Shown: piece after piece, positions 24,319 through 36,297 of the stretch
Numbering within the stretch: the stretch's first letter is position 1
Layout: every line of letters starts with the position of its first letter
From: an uncultured Nitrososphaeraceae archaeon
GTDB taxonomy: Archaea; Thermoproteota; Nitrososphaeria; Nitrososphaerales; Nitrososphaeraceae
Reading direction: 5' to 3'
NCBI GenBank assembly: GCA_963825865.1
Contig: CAWGVG010000014.1
Location: forward strand, 96,001 to 160,000
DNA: 64,000 nt
Position numbers and translations under genes: made by a program
Notes under the pieces: model-generated
What the model was told of the DNA's origin: nothing
The model's database searches: none
What the model saw: the letters and a program-made list of their open reading frames with translations, nothing else

Positions 24319-24766
24319 ACATAATACATACATCACAAAGATAAGCCCATTGACCATCCAATGAAAAATTACATAATCATGGAAAGTTACATCAAAATGA
24401 TTTTATATTTTTAAATAGTTGATATTTTTGTTGGCACAGTTACATTTCACAACAGTGAGGTAAATCGTAACGTCCTATGTCACGTAAAGAATAAACTACA
24501 GGGACGGTCAAAAATTACTTCGAAGTCAAAGCCTTAGAGTAAATAACGATTTGACGCCACAACACTTTGAGAAATCTGAATTTGTTATTTTATACGCACT
24601 TCTCTTGCTAACTTCTTATTATGTTAAATAACTGTTGCTAGACAGTTTATCTGAGATAGAAAAAACGACAGGTGGGTGGTGGATTGACAAGAGTAACAAT
24701 TCAACCAAGATATGACTTTAGACAGTATAATGGTAAATGTCTTCCTAAATTTTAATAATATTCTAA

Positions 24767-25672
24767 TTGTACGATATGTCTAACATCATATATATGGACA
24801 CTAAAGTGGGATTTCATGTTTCAATTGCTGGTGGAATTTCAAATTCTGTAGATAATGCCTTAAAAATTGGTTGTAAAGCTTTTCAAATATTCAGTAGAAA
24901 TCCAAGGAGCTGGGCTGCTAAGTCACTTGAAGTAGAAGATGTAAAGAATTTTCAAATAAAATTGGTCAATAGCAAAATTCGTAGAAAGTCGGTATTTGTC
25001 CATATGCCATACCTGCCTAATTTATCAGCTCCTGATAGCATATTATACGAGAAATCAGTTAATCTTCTCAGAGACGAAATACAGAGATGCAGCAGGCTGG
25101 ATATCCCTTATCTTGTATTGCATCTGGGCAGTAATCTTGGAAAAGGATCAGATAATGGAATTAGTCAACTGGTTAAAGCCTGTAATTTTGCTTTTGACAA
25201 CTATTACAAATCATCTGAGGATCAAAGAGGTAGCAACTCAGTTACAATATTGCTTGAAAATAGTGCAGGCCAGAAAAATAGCATAGGCAGTAAGTTTGAA
25301 GAGATTGGAGTAATACTTGATAAATTAAACTCCTCTAAAAAATTCGGCATTTGCCTTGACACATGCCATGCATTTGCTGCAGGTTATGATTTACGAACAG
25401 AATATGGTGTAAATACAACTATAGATCAGTTTCACAATATAATAGGATTAAAGGAATTAAAAATGGTGCATCTAAATGATTCTAAAGGTAAAATAAACTC
25501 CCATCGTGATCGGCATGAACATATTGGACTTGGAGAAATGGGAGAGAAAGGATTCAGGGCACTATTTAAGCACGCGACTATCAGGAAGTTACCATTGATA
25601 ATGGAAACTCCTAACGATGAAAGAAGACATGACTCTGATAATTTGAAAGCTCTTTTAGAGCTTATTGCATAG
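24767..25672 (+). CDS. nfo: Endonuclease IV
   Basis: GFHVSIAGG, FQIFSRNPRSW, HMPYLPNL, LLENSAG, CLDTCHAFAAGYDL, HLNDSK...DRHEHIG, METP. Confidence 0.95.
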   Translation: MYDMSNIIYMDTKVGFHVSIAGGISNSVDNALKIGCKAFQIFSRNPRSWAAKSLEVEDVKNFQIKLVNSKIRRKSVFVHMPYLPNLSAPDSILYEKSVNLLRDEIQRCSRLDIPYLVLHLGSNLGKGSDNGISQLVKACNFAFDNYYKSSEDQRGSNSVTILLENSAGQKNSIGSKFEEIGVILDKLNSSKKFGICLDTCHAFAAGYDLRTEYGVNTTIDQFHNIIGLKELKMVHLNDSKGKINSHRDRHEHIGLGEMGEKGFRALFKHATIRKLPLIMETPNDERRHDSDNLKALLELIA

Positions 25673-25749
25673 CAGTAACAGAACAAGCATAAGATAGATT
25701 CATTTGGGTAAATTATTCTTAATTATCACTCGTTAGCTTTCCAGTTAAA

Positions 25750-25860
25750 GTATGCGATTCAAAAAGCATTATACAAGCCCATGGAGGTAGAATATGGGTT
25801 AAAACCAACGCTGAAGGCACAGGAGTTACGTTTGCATTTAGTATGCCATTAAATCAATGA
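25750..25860 (+). pseudogene. Histidine kinase HATPase C-terminal remnant
   Basis: KSIIQAHGGRIWVKTNAEGTGVTFAFSMP. Confidence 0.6.
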
Positions 25861-26439
25861 TAACTAAATTAATTAGAAAGAAGATGTGGTAGAAGCCTTG
25901 AATTTAAACAATTGCATCAACAAGATGATAGTATTATTGAGGTTGCAGTATTATTTGATTCACGATAATTCAATAACTAATACCTTATAATGGTATTGGA
26001 ATTTAAAAAAGAGATGTGACGAAATTTATTTGTGAAATTCACAGATAATGGAAATTTAAGGCAGTAGTATTCAGTTGAGGTAGATGATAAATTGGCAAAA
26101 GAAGACATTAGCAGAATTCATTCTATTTCACTCCACGTCATCTATTACGTTGCAATTTCTCCTTTACCTTTGTGTTGTTGTCGACAACTGTAATATTATC
26201 TTGTAAGATGGTTCATATGTATGTAATTTTAACTAACCACGACAAAGAAACCTGAATGCAATGGTGCCATGAGCTTTTTCAATATTATACTTGCAACAAA
26301 CACCTAACCTTTACTACTACTACTATCAAAGACCTACCTTTTGCCAGTTAGATGATATAGATCAAGTATTCGCAGAAAAATATTAATCAAATATAGAGAA
26401 GGTCTAGTAATCGAACTGCAAAATTATTATAAAATACTA

Positions 26440-27484
26440 AATCTCTTGTGTAATTAGAAGCTTAGAGCTATATTCCTCTTCACATAGGATATCTATCTGA
26501 CAAGCTCTTTGATGTCCTATAGCAAATTATGTAAGAAACCTTTGATATTCAGGTCATTTACCGGAGTAACTGTATCTGAATTTGAATCCATTTGTAACGA
26601 AATTGAACATAACTACGAAGAGCACGAAAGAAGACGTCTTCTATCAAGGACGAGAATACGGGATATAGGTGCTGGTAGACCATTTAAGCTTAAAGTTAAA
26701 GAAAGATTCGTTATGCTTCTAGTATACTACAGATTATACATTACATATACATTATCAGGATTTCTGTTTGACCTTGATCAAAGCAATGTTTGTAGAGATA
26801 TATCAATGATGGAACCACTTATCAAGGAGTGTATTCCATTGCCAAAGAAGATATACAAACGTACTAGGAGATTAAGAACTATAGATGAAGTAGAAGAGTA
26901 TTTCCTGGATTCAAGGCTTTCATAGACTCTACAGAACAAGAAATTCCAAGACCTAAGAACAAAAGAAGAAGGAAGAGTTACTATTCAGGTAGAAAGAAGA
27001 AACATACTGTCAAGACACAATTGATGGTAAACAAGTGAAGGATTGATACTGCATAAGACAGGTCACAGAAGTGGAAGAAAACATGATTATGACATTTACA
27101 AACACAATCATTCTATAACTCCATCACAAGTTGAAAACATAGTTAATCTTGGTTATCTTGGCATTGAAAAGGACTTTCCCACTGTAAAGTCTGTACTTGG
27201 TATCAAAAAGAAAAAGGGTACATTGCTTTCATGTGATGAAAGAACTTACAACAAGAATCATTCTAGGCTAAGGATCATAGTAGAACATACCATATGTAGA
27301 ATCAAAAAGTTTGGAATAATGGGTACTAAATTTAGAAACAGATTAAGGAAGTACAATAACGTATCTGATATAATATACAGGTCTCCTGAACTTCAGAGTT
27401 ATACAGTCTGACAGCATTTCAATCTAAGAAGACGGCTAAAACAAGTAGGGTGTTAGACTATAGCTCCTAATTACGCAAGAGATC
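26440..27484 (+). mobile_element. IS5-family (ISL2-like) insertion sequence, copy 2, inverted relative to copy 1
   Basis: Near-identical to 200-1244; TA flanks at 26438-26439 and 27485-27486. Confidence 0.9.
26509..27411 (+). pseudogene. Transposase with two compensating indels (near 26900 and 27033)
   Basis: Direct comparison with copy 1. Confidence 0.8.
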
Positions 27485-28139
27485 TACTACAAAGAAGGGA
27501 GTTCCAGTTATACTGGAGATTAAAAGTCGTATCGCTACCCATGATACGACTACAGCAAAAACAAATAGAGAAACACCTGGCTATTTTATCTCTTCTGTCC
27601 TTATTGCTTTGCTACAGGGTCGATCCACCCTTATAGATTCTAACATGGAAAAGCTGTAAAAACATATCATAGATTCCCTCACATTCTAAAAGGAAAAACT
27701 CATAGTTTCATGCATCATTTATACTCAAAATTCTGTATCAAGATTTTTAAAAGGATTTGCACATAATAACTTATTTACTAAAGAAATATCTCTTTTTTAC
27801 GCTCATGAATCAACGGACTATAATAGAACGAATCTATTGTCAATTCAAGAATCTTTGGTTAAAGTATATAATTACACAGACATGTTCTCTTGTTACAACA
27901 AGGACATTTGTTATTGCGTTGGACAATTTGACATCTTTTGTTATGTGTTTCACAAATTATTGTCCTTCTAGAATTCTCTAAATCTTCGCTTGCTATTTGC
28001 ATATAGTATGTGTTTGAACAGACAGAGGTTAATATAATGTGCTAGCTAATTTAGAGAAACCAGCTAAAAAACATCTACAAAATGTTGGATGTATTCATTT
28101 CTGCGTGTAAACTATGACTAGTTATGTTCTTGTGCGTGT

Positions 28140-29141
28140 TGCTTTGTTGCATGATTAATTATCTTGTAAGTGATACTTATTTGACCACTCACCATTTAGC
28201 TTGCTAGTATTAATTATTCTGGTATGGTTGACTGGCCTTGCTATAATGAATCACTAGTTAGGCGTGGTCAAGTACTCTTGGATTTTGATGTACTTGATCG
28301 ATGGGATCATGAATTATGTCAAATGAACCTTGGTAAGGTTGGTGAGCCCTACTGCTACCCAAATTCATTTATTCAGCTTCTAGGTTACATGAGAGCATAT
28401 TTCCATCTACCATATAGACAAACACAGGGTGTAGTCATAGCTCATGCAAGTAAAGAAGTATCAAACACACCACATTATAGTACCATTAATAGACGTATAA
28501 ACAGGCTAGAGATTAAAATCGATGAAAAATTAGGAAATGATATTGTCATTGCTTTAGACAGCACCGGCATTAAGGTCACTAATCGAGGGGAATGGATGCA
28601 CCACAAATGGCATGTCAGAAAAGGATATCTAAAGATACACATAGCAGTTGATATCGAGAAGAAAAGAATTGTATCTCTGGAGGTAACAAGTGAAGAGGTA
28701 CATGATGGTAAGATGCTAAAGAAGTTAGTAGACAATGCTTCTGAAAATAATAATCATGTGAAGGGTATATTAGCAGATGGTATGTACGACAGCAATAAGA
28801 ATTTTAGATACCTATCAAAGAACCACATTAAGCCTGGTATAAAGACAAGAAGTAATTCCAAGGTCAAGTCAACTAACTGTCATGCTAGGAATATGTCTGT
28901 AGTAAGACAACAAGCAAACCTCAAAAAATGGAAGCGTAGCGTGAGCTATGGGTACAGGTGGATAGCAGAAACAGCATTCTCTTCCATTAAAAGAACATTT
29001 GGTGAACATGTAACAGCTAGAAAGTTTCCTCACATGGTAAAAGAGATCCTCCTAAAGGCAGTCTGTATAACATGTTCAATCGAAATAACCTCACTAACGG
29101 TTTGCATAACCTAAAATCCTAATGAATTATGCAACAGAGCA
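28140..29141 (+). mobile_element. IS5-family (ISH1-like) insertion sequence, copy 2 (diverged)
   Basis: Inverted repeats tgctttgttgcatgatt / aattatgcaacagagca; homologous to 4123-5124. Confidence 0.88.
28224..29114 (+). CDS. IS5-family transposase, frameshift near C-terminus
   Basis: Same DDE motifs as 4207-5076. Confidence 0.88.
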   Translation: MVDWPCYNESLVRRGQVLLDFDVLDRWDHELCQMNLGKVGEPYCYPNSFIQLLGYMRAYFHLPYRQTQGVVIAHASKEVSNTPHYSTINRRINRLEIKIDEKLGNDIVIALDSTGIKVTNRGEWMHHKWHVRKGYLKIHIAVDIEKKRIVSLEVTSEEVHDGKMLKKLVDNASENNNHVKGILADGMYDSNKNFRYLSKNHIKPGIKTRSNSKVKSTNCHARNMSVVRQQANLKKWKRSVSYGYRWIAETAFSSIKRTFGEHVTARKFPHMVKEILLKAVCITCSIEITSLTVCIT

Positions 29142-29352
29142 TTCATTTCGATAAATGTGATAATGTATATAGTAATTATTATTCGTAAAGTTTGAAAAAT
29201 AAAGCTACATCTATGTTGCTTAATGACCTAGATCCAGTGACGATTTGTCGCTTTATTATTACCATACTGGATAAAAGATTTCAAAAATTGTTTACGCTAT
29301 TTATGAGATATGGTTGTTTAATCATGACTGAATGACTATGAAAGACTCGGAT

Positions 29353-29502
29353 ATGATGAGCTGTCCTATTGTAGGTTGTAAAGGACATTTAACAAAAAAC
29401 TATATGCTCAAACATCTGATGGCCGCCGACACAATCGTACAGATAACTGATGAATTAATCCGTAGAGAAGAAATTGAAGAACAACAACAACAACACAAAT
29501 GA
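29353..29502 (+). CDS. 49-aa zinc-finger-like microprotein (not in ORF track)
   Basis: MMSCPIVGCKGHLTKNYMLKHLM... Confidence 0.4.
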   Translation: MMSCPIVGCKGHLTKNYMLKHLMAADTIVQITDELIRREEIEEQQQQHK

Positions 29503-29800
29503 TTATTTTTATTGATACAATAAATGCAAAATTACCCGTCGTAAAAGTACATACATGCCACAGAGCATATGTTTTTTAATTAAATTTTGATTAATTGGTA
29601 GTACACTTTATACAGGAAAAGCTATTTTCCAGACGGTCTTTCCTAATAAGCTTGACATTATCAAGGGCAGGAATCGGCTAGACTGTACAAAAAAGATAGA
29701 CGAAAATGTACAATGGCCATTAAAAATTCAATAGATATGGAGCATAAAAAATTTATTAAATATTCCTTTATATATTCGTGTTTTTTATTATCTATAATGC

Positions 29801-31528
29801 TTGACACTTTTTCAAGGTAATAGCAGAGAAAAGACTGAGGTCTTGTATGGATTAGATAACATAATGAATAAAACGTTACAATTTTTATCAAAAGCCTGTA
29901 AAATAGATTCTTGTGGCGACTATAAAGCTGTTCCCGCAATTGTTGAAGTTAAAGCGTACAAGCAATTATTATCAGAAGTTAAAAGTAGAGGTATCAAAGT
30001 AAGATATATTACGGACGTTACCAAAGATAATCTCAATTATTGCAAAGAGCTCATGAATTTTGTCGACGACATTCGCCATTTAGATGGAATTAAAGCAAAC
30101 TTTTCTATCAGTGAAGCAGAATATCTTGCTTCTACAACTACAACACTGTCACCAGCACCACATATTATCTATAGTAATGTTAAAGATATTGTAAAGCAGC
30201 AGGAGTACGTCTTTGAAAGTTTTTGGAACAAGGCAGTTCCAGCTGAACAGAAAATTAGAGAAATTGAAGAAGGGATAGAACCTGAATTTTTTGAAGTTAT
30301 TGCAGAACGCAAAAAAATAAGTCAGATTTTTCTTGATCTGGCAAAATCTGCAAAGAATGAGGCCTTATTCTTATTTCCAAATGATAAAGCACTAGTAAGG
30401 GCAGACAGAGTAGGAGTCATTGACCACTTAATAAAAGCATCACAAAAAGAAAATGGTGCAAATATAAAAATTATTTGTCCTTTATCTGAAAAGAATTCTG
30501 ATATTGTAAAACGAATATCTGAACAAGCTTCATCTATCAGAATTCTCAATGGCAATGATTCTTTATATGGTATGTATATAGTTGATGAGGAGAAGCTTTT
30601 TAGGGTTGAGATGAGAGAACCACAGGCTGAAACCTTTATAGAAGCAATTGGTTTTGCTCTTTATTCTAATAGAAAAAGTACAGTGGAATCATTCAAATCA
30701 GTATTTGAATTGCTTTGGAATGAACGTATATTAAATGAAGAATTAAAAAAGGTACATAAGACTCAAAATGAGTTTATTAAAATGCAGCAAGAATTCATAA
30801 ATATAGCAAGTCATGAGATGAAGACTCCTACCCAAGCTATTTTAGGATATTCTGAGTTATTCCACCGCCATCCTGAAAGAAAAGATGAAATTATACAAGC
30901 AATCTCTAGAAATGCCATAAGACTTCAAAAATTAACACAAGATATATTAGATGTTACAAAAATTGAAAGCAACACATTAAAACTAAGCAAAGAGCAATTC
31001 AATCTAAGCGAACAAATAAGAAATTTAATAAATGATGTGAGTAAAAGTCAAATAAACGTTTCAGATAGCAGTAATACTGCCATAAAAATATTATTTGAGT
31101 CCAAAGCAAAAGAGGAAGGAGAAGGAAAACAAGATATTATCATAGAAGCCGATAAAGCTAGAATATATCAGGTTATTTCAAACCTCTTAAGCAATGCCAT
31201 TAAGTTTACTGAGATGGCAGGAGATTCTGTGTCAATTGCTGCAATAGCGCATAATGAGAATAATCAAGTTATTGTTTGTGTTAAAGATAGAGGCAGTGGT
31301 ATAGATTCTGAAATATTGCCAAGGCTATTTACAAAGTTTGCGACAAAATCCGAAAGAGGGACAGGACTTGGCTTATTCATATCAAAAAGTATTGTAGAAG
31401 CTCATGGTGGGAGAATATGGGCTGAAAATAATGTTGATAATGGCAAAGGAGCTACTTTTTACTTTAGTCTTCCATTAATCAAAAAACAAGAACAGCCAAA
31501 ATTAGAGAAAAGAACTAGCACAAAGTAA
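29801..31528 (+). CDS. Soluble sensor histidine kinase (HisKA + HATPase_c) with duplicated N-terminal sensor domains
   Basis: EFINIASHEMKTP, NLLSNAIKF, DRGSGI, GTGLGLFISK; no TM segment. Confidence 0.92.
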   Translation: MTLFQGNSREKTEVLYGLDNIMNKTLQFLSKACKIDSCGDYKAVPAIVEVKAYKQLLSEVKSRGIKVRYITDVTKDNLNYCKELMNFVDDIRHLDGIKANFSISEAEYLASTTTTLSPAPHIIYSNVKDIVKQQEYVFESFWNKAVPAEQKIREIEEGIEPEFFEVIAERKKISQIFLDLAKSAKNEALFLFPNDKALVRADRVGVIDHLIKASQKENGANIKIICPLSEKNSDIVKRISEQASSIRILNGNDSLYGMYIVDEEKLFRVEMREPQAETFIEAIGFALYSNRKSTVESFKSVFELLWNERILNEELKKVHKTQNEFIKMQQEFINIASHEMKTPTQAILGYSELFHRHPERKDEIIQAISRNAIRLQKLTQDILDVTKIESNTLKLSKEQFNLSEQIRNLINDVSKSQINVSDSSNTAIKILFESKAKEEGEGKQDIIIEADKARIYQVISNLLSNAIKFTEMAGDSVSIAAIAHNENNQVIVCVKDRGSGIDSEILPRLFTKFATKSERGTGLGLFISKSIVEAHGGRIWAENNVDNGKGATFYFSLPLIKKQEQPKLEKRTSTK

Positions 31529-31715
31529 CAATAACAATGAATAATAATAAAAACTTGAGAAACAACCTCAAGGAGTGAGTGCAAACAAACTGGGAATAAA
31601 GATGACACCATATGCGATATCAAATTAGGCAACAACCCCTATCAATCAAACAGTTATTATATATAATGGCAGACAAATTAAATAAGTACATTCATAGATT
31701 TTTATCAATAACATA

Positions 31716-32003
31716 ATGAAACAAAGAGTTGAACTTGTCAGGATAAATCTAAACAAAGAACTTTGGAAGATAGATTACACTACAGGTCTTGCTAAGCACA
31801 TACGAGAAAATATAACAGTTGATAATGATAATGAAAATTCTGCTAAAGGTCAAAATAATAATAATAAAGACGGTAATAGAGAAGGCCTAATAGGATATAA
31901 TGGAGATATAACACAATATATTGAAGAAAAAGGATACACATGGGAACAATTAGACGAAGATTCAATAAAATTTAAACATGATGGCGAACTTACTCAAGAA
32001 TAG
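31716..32003 (+). CDS. Hypothetical protein
   Basis: 95-aa ATG ORF with soluble composition. Confidence 0.5.
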   Translation: MKQRVELVRINLNKELWKIDYTTGLAKHIRENITVDNDNENSAKGQNNNNKDGNREGLIGYNGDITQYIEEKGYTWEQLDEDSIKFKHDGELTQE

Positions 32004-32704
32004 ACAGTAAATTCCTATCAAATGACTATGAAATTTATTTACTTACCTCCCTTCAGATACATGTTGCCGCATTTAGAATATTTTAGCTTTGGCTAAAAAC
32101 TTTGTTGTAATTTCACCAGTTTCCTCTTATTCTTATTCTTCACCTACTTTGCCAGACTTTTCATTTCGTATTATTAAATATCATCTCGCCATAATCGGGT
32201 CTCCTTCTGGGTCTATGGGTTTAAGATTTGGTTCTACTATTGATTTGTATTTTACTATGTAGATGTATATCTTGAGCTCAACTCCCTTTTGAAAACTAGT
32301 CCCGATGTCACGAATGATGCTGTAATTATTATGAATATTGCAGCTGCCACTTACCAAAAAAACCAAACCGTAATACAAAAGGGAACAGAAAGGTTTTTTC
32401 ATGTCAAGGCCAAAATTGCCATAGCTATTACAAGGTAAAACTATTGAAATTAAAAAATGATGGGAAAGACAGTTATCTAAACTAAAACACGGTAAATATC
32501 GTTAGGGTCATTTGACTCCAAAGAACACCAACCAACCAACATCTGATTTATTGTGTATTGTAACGATGATGATTTTGATATTCAAATGTCCTAATGTCAT
32601 ATGCCACAGATAGCAAGGAGGAGTTCGTGACATTTTTTATGTCTTAATACCTTTATATTTTATATTGACTAGTTAAACAAACGGATTATTGTAAAAGAAG
32701 AATA

Positions 32705-33535
32705 ATGAACGAAAAATCCTCCTCACCTTCCCGGGAAAAAGGATCTTCTGATAGGTCAGAATCTAATGAGACCAATAAAAATCTAATAGAAACAAATAAA
32801 CAACTGTTAGAAATTAATGAACAACTAAAGATACAACACAGAGTACTTCAAGATTTTATTGATATAGCAGCTCACGAACTCAGAACGCCTATCATGCCTA
32901 TAATAGGTTATGCTGACATACTTCGAGAGGAGATAGGAGAAAGAAAAGAAATCAAAGGAATCATCTACAATGCAAGAAAATTGGAACAGCTGGCAGAAAA
33001 CATATTGGATAGTACAAAGATTGAAAATCAGACACTAAAACTAATCACAGAACAGATTAATTTGAAAGATATATTAATAGAAATGGTACAAGATTATGAA
33101 AATCAAAATATAACAAAAGAAAAATATGAGATCAAATTACTCTACGAACCAAAGGACATCTTCTTAGAGGCAGACAAACTTAGATTGAGTAGAGTTATTT
33201 CCAATTTATTGAATAATGCTAACTACTTTACCAAAAAAGGCAATATCACTATAACTACCACAGAAATTAAAAATAATGATAATGATAATACTAAATTAGA
33301 ACAAAAAGAACAAGTTCTTGTCAGTATTAAGGATACAGGCCCTGGAATATCGCCAGTAATAATTCAAAAACTATTCTCAAAATTTATTTCAACAGCTTCG
33401 TCAGGCACCGGATTGGGATTGTTTGTTTCTAGAAATATTATAAAAGCTCATGGCGGCGAGATCTGGGCTGAAAACAATCCTGATGGAGAGGGTGCGACAT
33501 TTTCATTTAGAATCCCAAAAATACAGAGATCATAA
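32705..33535 (+). CDS. Histidine kinase without a sensor domain
   Basis: IAAHELRTP, NLLNNA, DTGPGI, GTGLGLF. Confidence 0.9.
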   Translation: MNEKSSSPSREKGSSDRSESNETNKNLIETNKQLLEINEQLKIQHRVLQDFIDIAAHELRTPIMPIIGYADILREEIGERKEIKGIIYNARKLEQLAENILDSTKIENQTLKLITEQINLKDILIEMVQDYENQNITKEKYEIKLLYEPKDIFLEADKLRLSRVISNLLNNANYFTKKGNITITTTEIKNNDNDNTKLEQKEQVLVSIKDTGPGISPVIIQKLFSKFISTASSGTGLGLFVSRNIIKAHGGEIWAENNPDGEGATFSFRIPKIQRS

Positions 33536-33673
33536 CTTATAGCTGGGATTAGTCAAAGTTTTCTTTGCATTTCATATATATTCGACATTAATATTATCAA
33601 TTTTTTATACATATATAACAATGCCTAAACAATAAAAATTTAAGGATAGCATTTTATCATAAGATAATAAGAA

Positions 33674-34072
33674 ATGGTACAGAGGTCACTTAATCAAAAA
33701 CTAAGAGTAATAATTGCAGACGACAATATGGATGTAAATTCATTTTTAGCAGCAACCTTTGTATTGAAAGGATATGAAGTCTATAAAACCTATAGTGCTG
33801 ACGAATGCCTAAGCAAGTTAAATGAATTGGGTGGTAAAGTAGATGTTATGGTCTTGGATGGAAGGTTTGCCTCAGATAGAGGAGCAATGGTCATCGTCAA
33901 GACTAAAAGGATTAATTTGGATGTCAAAATCCTGGCAATAGCAGACAACGAAAGTGAGAAAACACGTGTATTAGATTATGGAGCAGATGGCTTTACTACT
34001 AAACCAATTAGTGCTGAGACGATAGGAGATAAGGTTTCAGCATTACTAACAACAGGTAAAAATGTTGGATAA
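33674..34072 (+). CDS. Stand-alone response regulator receiver
   Basis: IIADDN, MVLD, GADGFTTKP. Confidence 0.85.
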   Translation: MVQRSLNQKLRVIIADDNMDVNSFLAATFVLKGYEVYKTYSADECLSKLNELGGKVDVMVLDGRFASDRGAMVIVKTKRINLDVKILAIADNESEKTRVLDYGADGFTTKPISAETIGDKVSALLTTGKNVG

Positions 34073-34227
34073 ATAAACCTCTACCAATATGGTTGAAGAT
34101 ATACACGTAGCAATAAATAAATCTAGGAGAGAACCCTTATAATTTTAAGGAAGCCTATATTCCTGCGGTGTGTGGAAGATATTTGAGCCTTTTTTAAAAT
34201 CCAAATATTACTAACTATCGTCAACTG

Positions 34228-34608
34228 ATGAATATGTATAAAAATATCCATATAATACCTTATCTTATGAGCAAATTTCGGCTTTATTCTGACAAATCAG
34301 AACAGATTACATTTGAAAGTCATTTAGAAGGATTAGAAGGAGAAACAAAGACATTATTGCTCAACCTACGAGACTTTGTAAAGCGTCTTGGCAACAATGT
34401 CATCGAAGAAGTTAGACCCCATAGAGTAGTTTATGCCAAATCTCTAACGTTTAGAACCTTTTTAGACATACAACCAAAAAAGGATTATATAGCAATTTCT
34501 ATAAGAAAAAGTAGAAGTGAACCCATTACAAATCATATCGTTAAAGCTGCAGAAGAAATGGAAAATATAAAACCTCAGATTTTAGATGCTTATGAGAAAA
34601 TCAAATAG
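34228..34608 (+). CDS. DUF5655-like protein (true start probably 34267)
   Basis: TFESHL, LRDFVKRLG, VVYAK..RTFLDIQP, ILDAYE. Confidence 0.6.
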   Translation: MNMYKNIHIIPYLMSKFRLYSDKSEQITFESHLEGLEGETKTLLLNLRDFVKRLGNNVIEEVRPHRVVYAKSLTFRTFLDIQPKKDYIAISIRKSRSEPITNHIVKAAEEMENIKPQILDAYEKIK

Positions 34609-35046
34609 GATACAACAATTAAAGGCAACAATTAAAATCCTAAAAATAAAGCATGAACTACAAAACCATCTTCAATATTATTATACTTCAAAAACAAGCA
34701 TCCAAGATTCAGCCCGTTGTCATCTTATTCCTATACATTATATTGATGCGGCACTAGAAAGCAGTCAAGGCCAATGGCGACCAATTTTCTTCTCAATCAT
34801 TATTTATTGCTTTGATATTCTGGCATCAATAAGTGATTAATCTGCTATCTGCAAAAAATTATCAAAGTATTGACTGATAATGACACATACTTTGATATAA
34901 CCATAGCCATCAAGTAATGAAGCCCAACATGACAGACATAGAAAAAACAACACCAATAGCTCGCAGCACCCCATAAGAGAACAACAAAGAAAGAAAAAGA
35001 ACTATTACAGAATAAGACTAACCACGAAAATTTAAATGCTGCAATA

Positions 35047-35283
35047 GTGACACTTGAAAATATAAATCGAAATCATTATCGTGAAGTTAATAGAAGTATA
35101 AAAGGTAGTATAAATGAATTACTTGTTTTATTGAAAGATAAAGAGCAAAAATTTAGCTTATCTGTAAGAGCGGCAAATGCCGTTAGCATGCTAGATAGGC
35201 TGACACAAGACAAGGCAATGAAATCGCATATTAGAACGATGCTATGGCAGGTTGTATCAAACCTTGAAGGTATAAGAGAATAA
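35047..35283 (+). CDS. UPF0147 family protein
   Basis: SVRAANAVSMLD..TQD..M.SHIRTMLWQVVSNLE. Confidence 0.75.
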   Translation: MTLENINRNHYREVNRSIKGSINELLVLLKDKEQKFSLSVRAANAVSMLDRLTQDKAMKSHIRTMLWQVVSNLEGIRE

Positions 35284-35458
35284 CATTCAATATCGGTACT
35301 TTACGATATCTAAGTGCTCCTTCTTCTTCTCCTCCTCTCTTTTGACCATTTAGCAATGAAATATTACATCTCATCATCGTGATCTATTTGTATAAGGATA
35401 AGCCTTGTTGTTGTTGCCGCCATCCCTTAAGGCTTGAATAAATACAAAGTAACCAATT

Positions 35459-35860
35459 TTGGCTATAGAATGGCTTTCTGCACCATCACATATAGATAGG
35501 AACAGGCAACAGCCGAGCCATAGAGATACGACTGATAATGATATTAATATTCATTATTCTCAAACAATTGATAACAATTCTTCTTTGCAAAATCATTCAG
35601 TTAACAATAATACTTTTTCTACACTAAAACCATTTTATAAAAGAATTCTTATCGTAGACGATAATACGGATATCACTTTAACCTTCAAATCAGCTTTAGA
35701 AGAGTATTATGATGATAAAAGATTTGAAGTATACCCATACAATAACCCGTTAGCAGCATTATCGGAATTCAAGCCACATTTTTACGATATACTGCTAACT
35801 GATATTAACCTACCCAGATATGAATGGCTTTCAATTATGTGGAAACATCTCTTGCTCTAG
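35459..35860 (+). pseudogene. Response regulator receiver, truncated
   Basis: RILIVDDN.DI, YDILLTDINLP(DMNGFQL); C-terminal half missing. Confidence 0.75.
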
Positions 35861-36002
35861 CAAGAAATCGCTTGGATACTTATGCTACAATGCGTAATTT
35901 AGAAGTGAATATTGATTATACAGAAGAAGCTCATTCGTTGTATGGTGTGTGATAAGAAAAACTTATTTGTAATTGTGTGTTCTGCTTTTATGAAATATAA
36001 AT

Positions 36003-36197
36003 ATGACCTCCGGTATCTGGCTGATATTCATAATTCCAGCCGTGTTATCTTTTGTCTTTAGTGTATGGGTAACTATCAGTATTGTGGCCGACGTTGCAGA
36101 GAGAGGAGCTTCTCAATTGGCATTAAGACAAAATATAGGTCAAGGAGTAGTTAAGTTGAAAGTACTGCCCCCCTTGCGTGAAAATAATAATTCTTAA
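36003..36197 (+). CDS. Small single-TM protein
   Basis: ATG, N-terminal hydrophobic helix. Confidence 0.4.
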   Translation: MTSGIWLIFIIPAVLSFVFSVWVTISIVADVAERGASQLALRQNIGQGVVKLKVLPPLRENNNS

Positions 36198-36297
36198 ATG
36201 CTTGTCAAGACTGACACATAATTATTATTTATTCCTTATTGATCCTTATAATTCTCCATTTTGAAAACCGGCGGTAAGGAACATTGAGTCATAACCA

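Noticed and set aside
4123-29141. Composite transposon bounded by the two ISH1-like copies
   Set aside because: Each copy has its own different 8-bp duplication and the copies are diverged
27800-29260. MazG-like pseudogene interrupted by IS copy 2 (YRNEYIQHFVDVFSWF on the minus strand)
   Set aside because: Too degraded to call from one short motif
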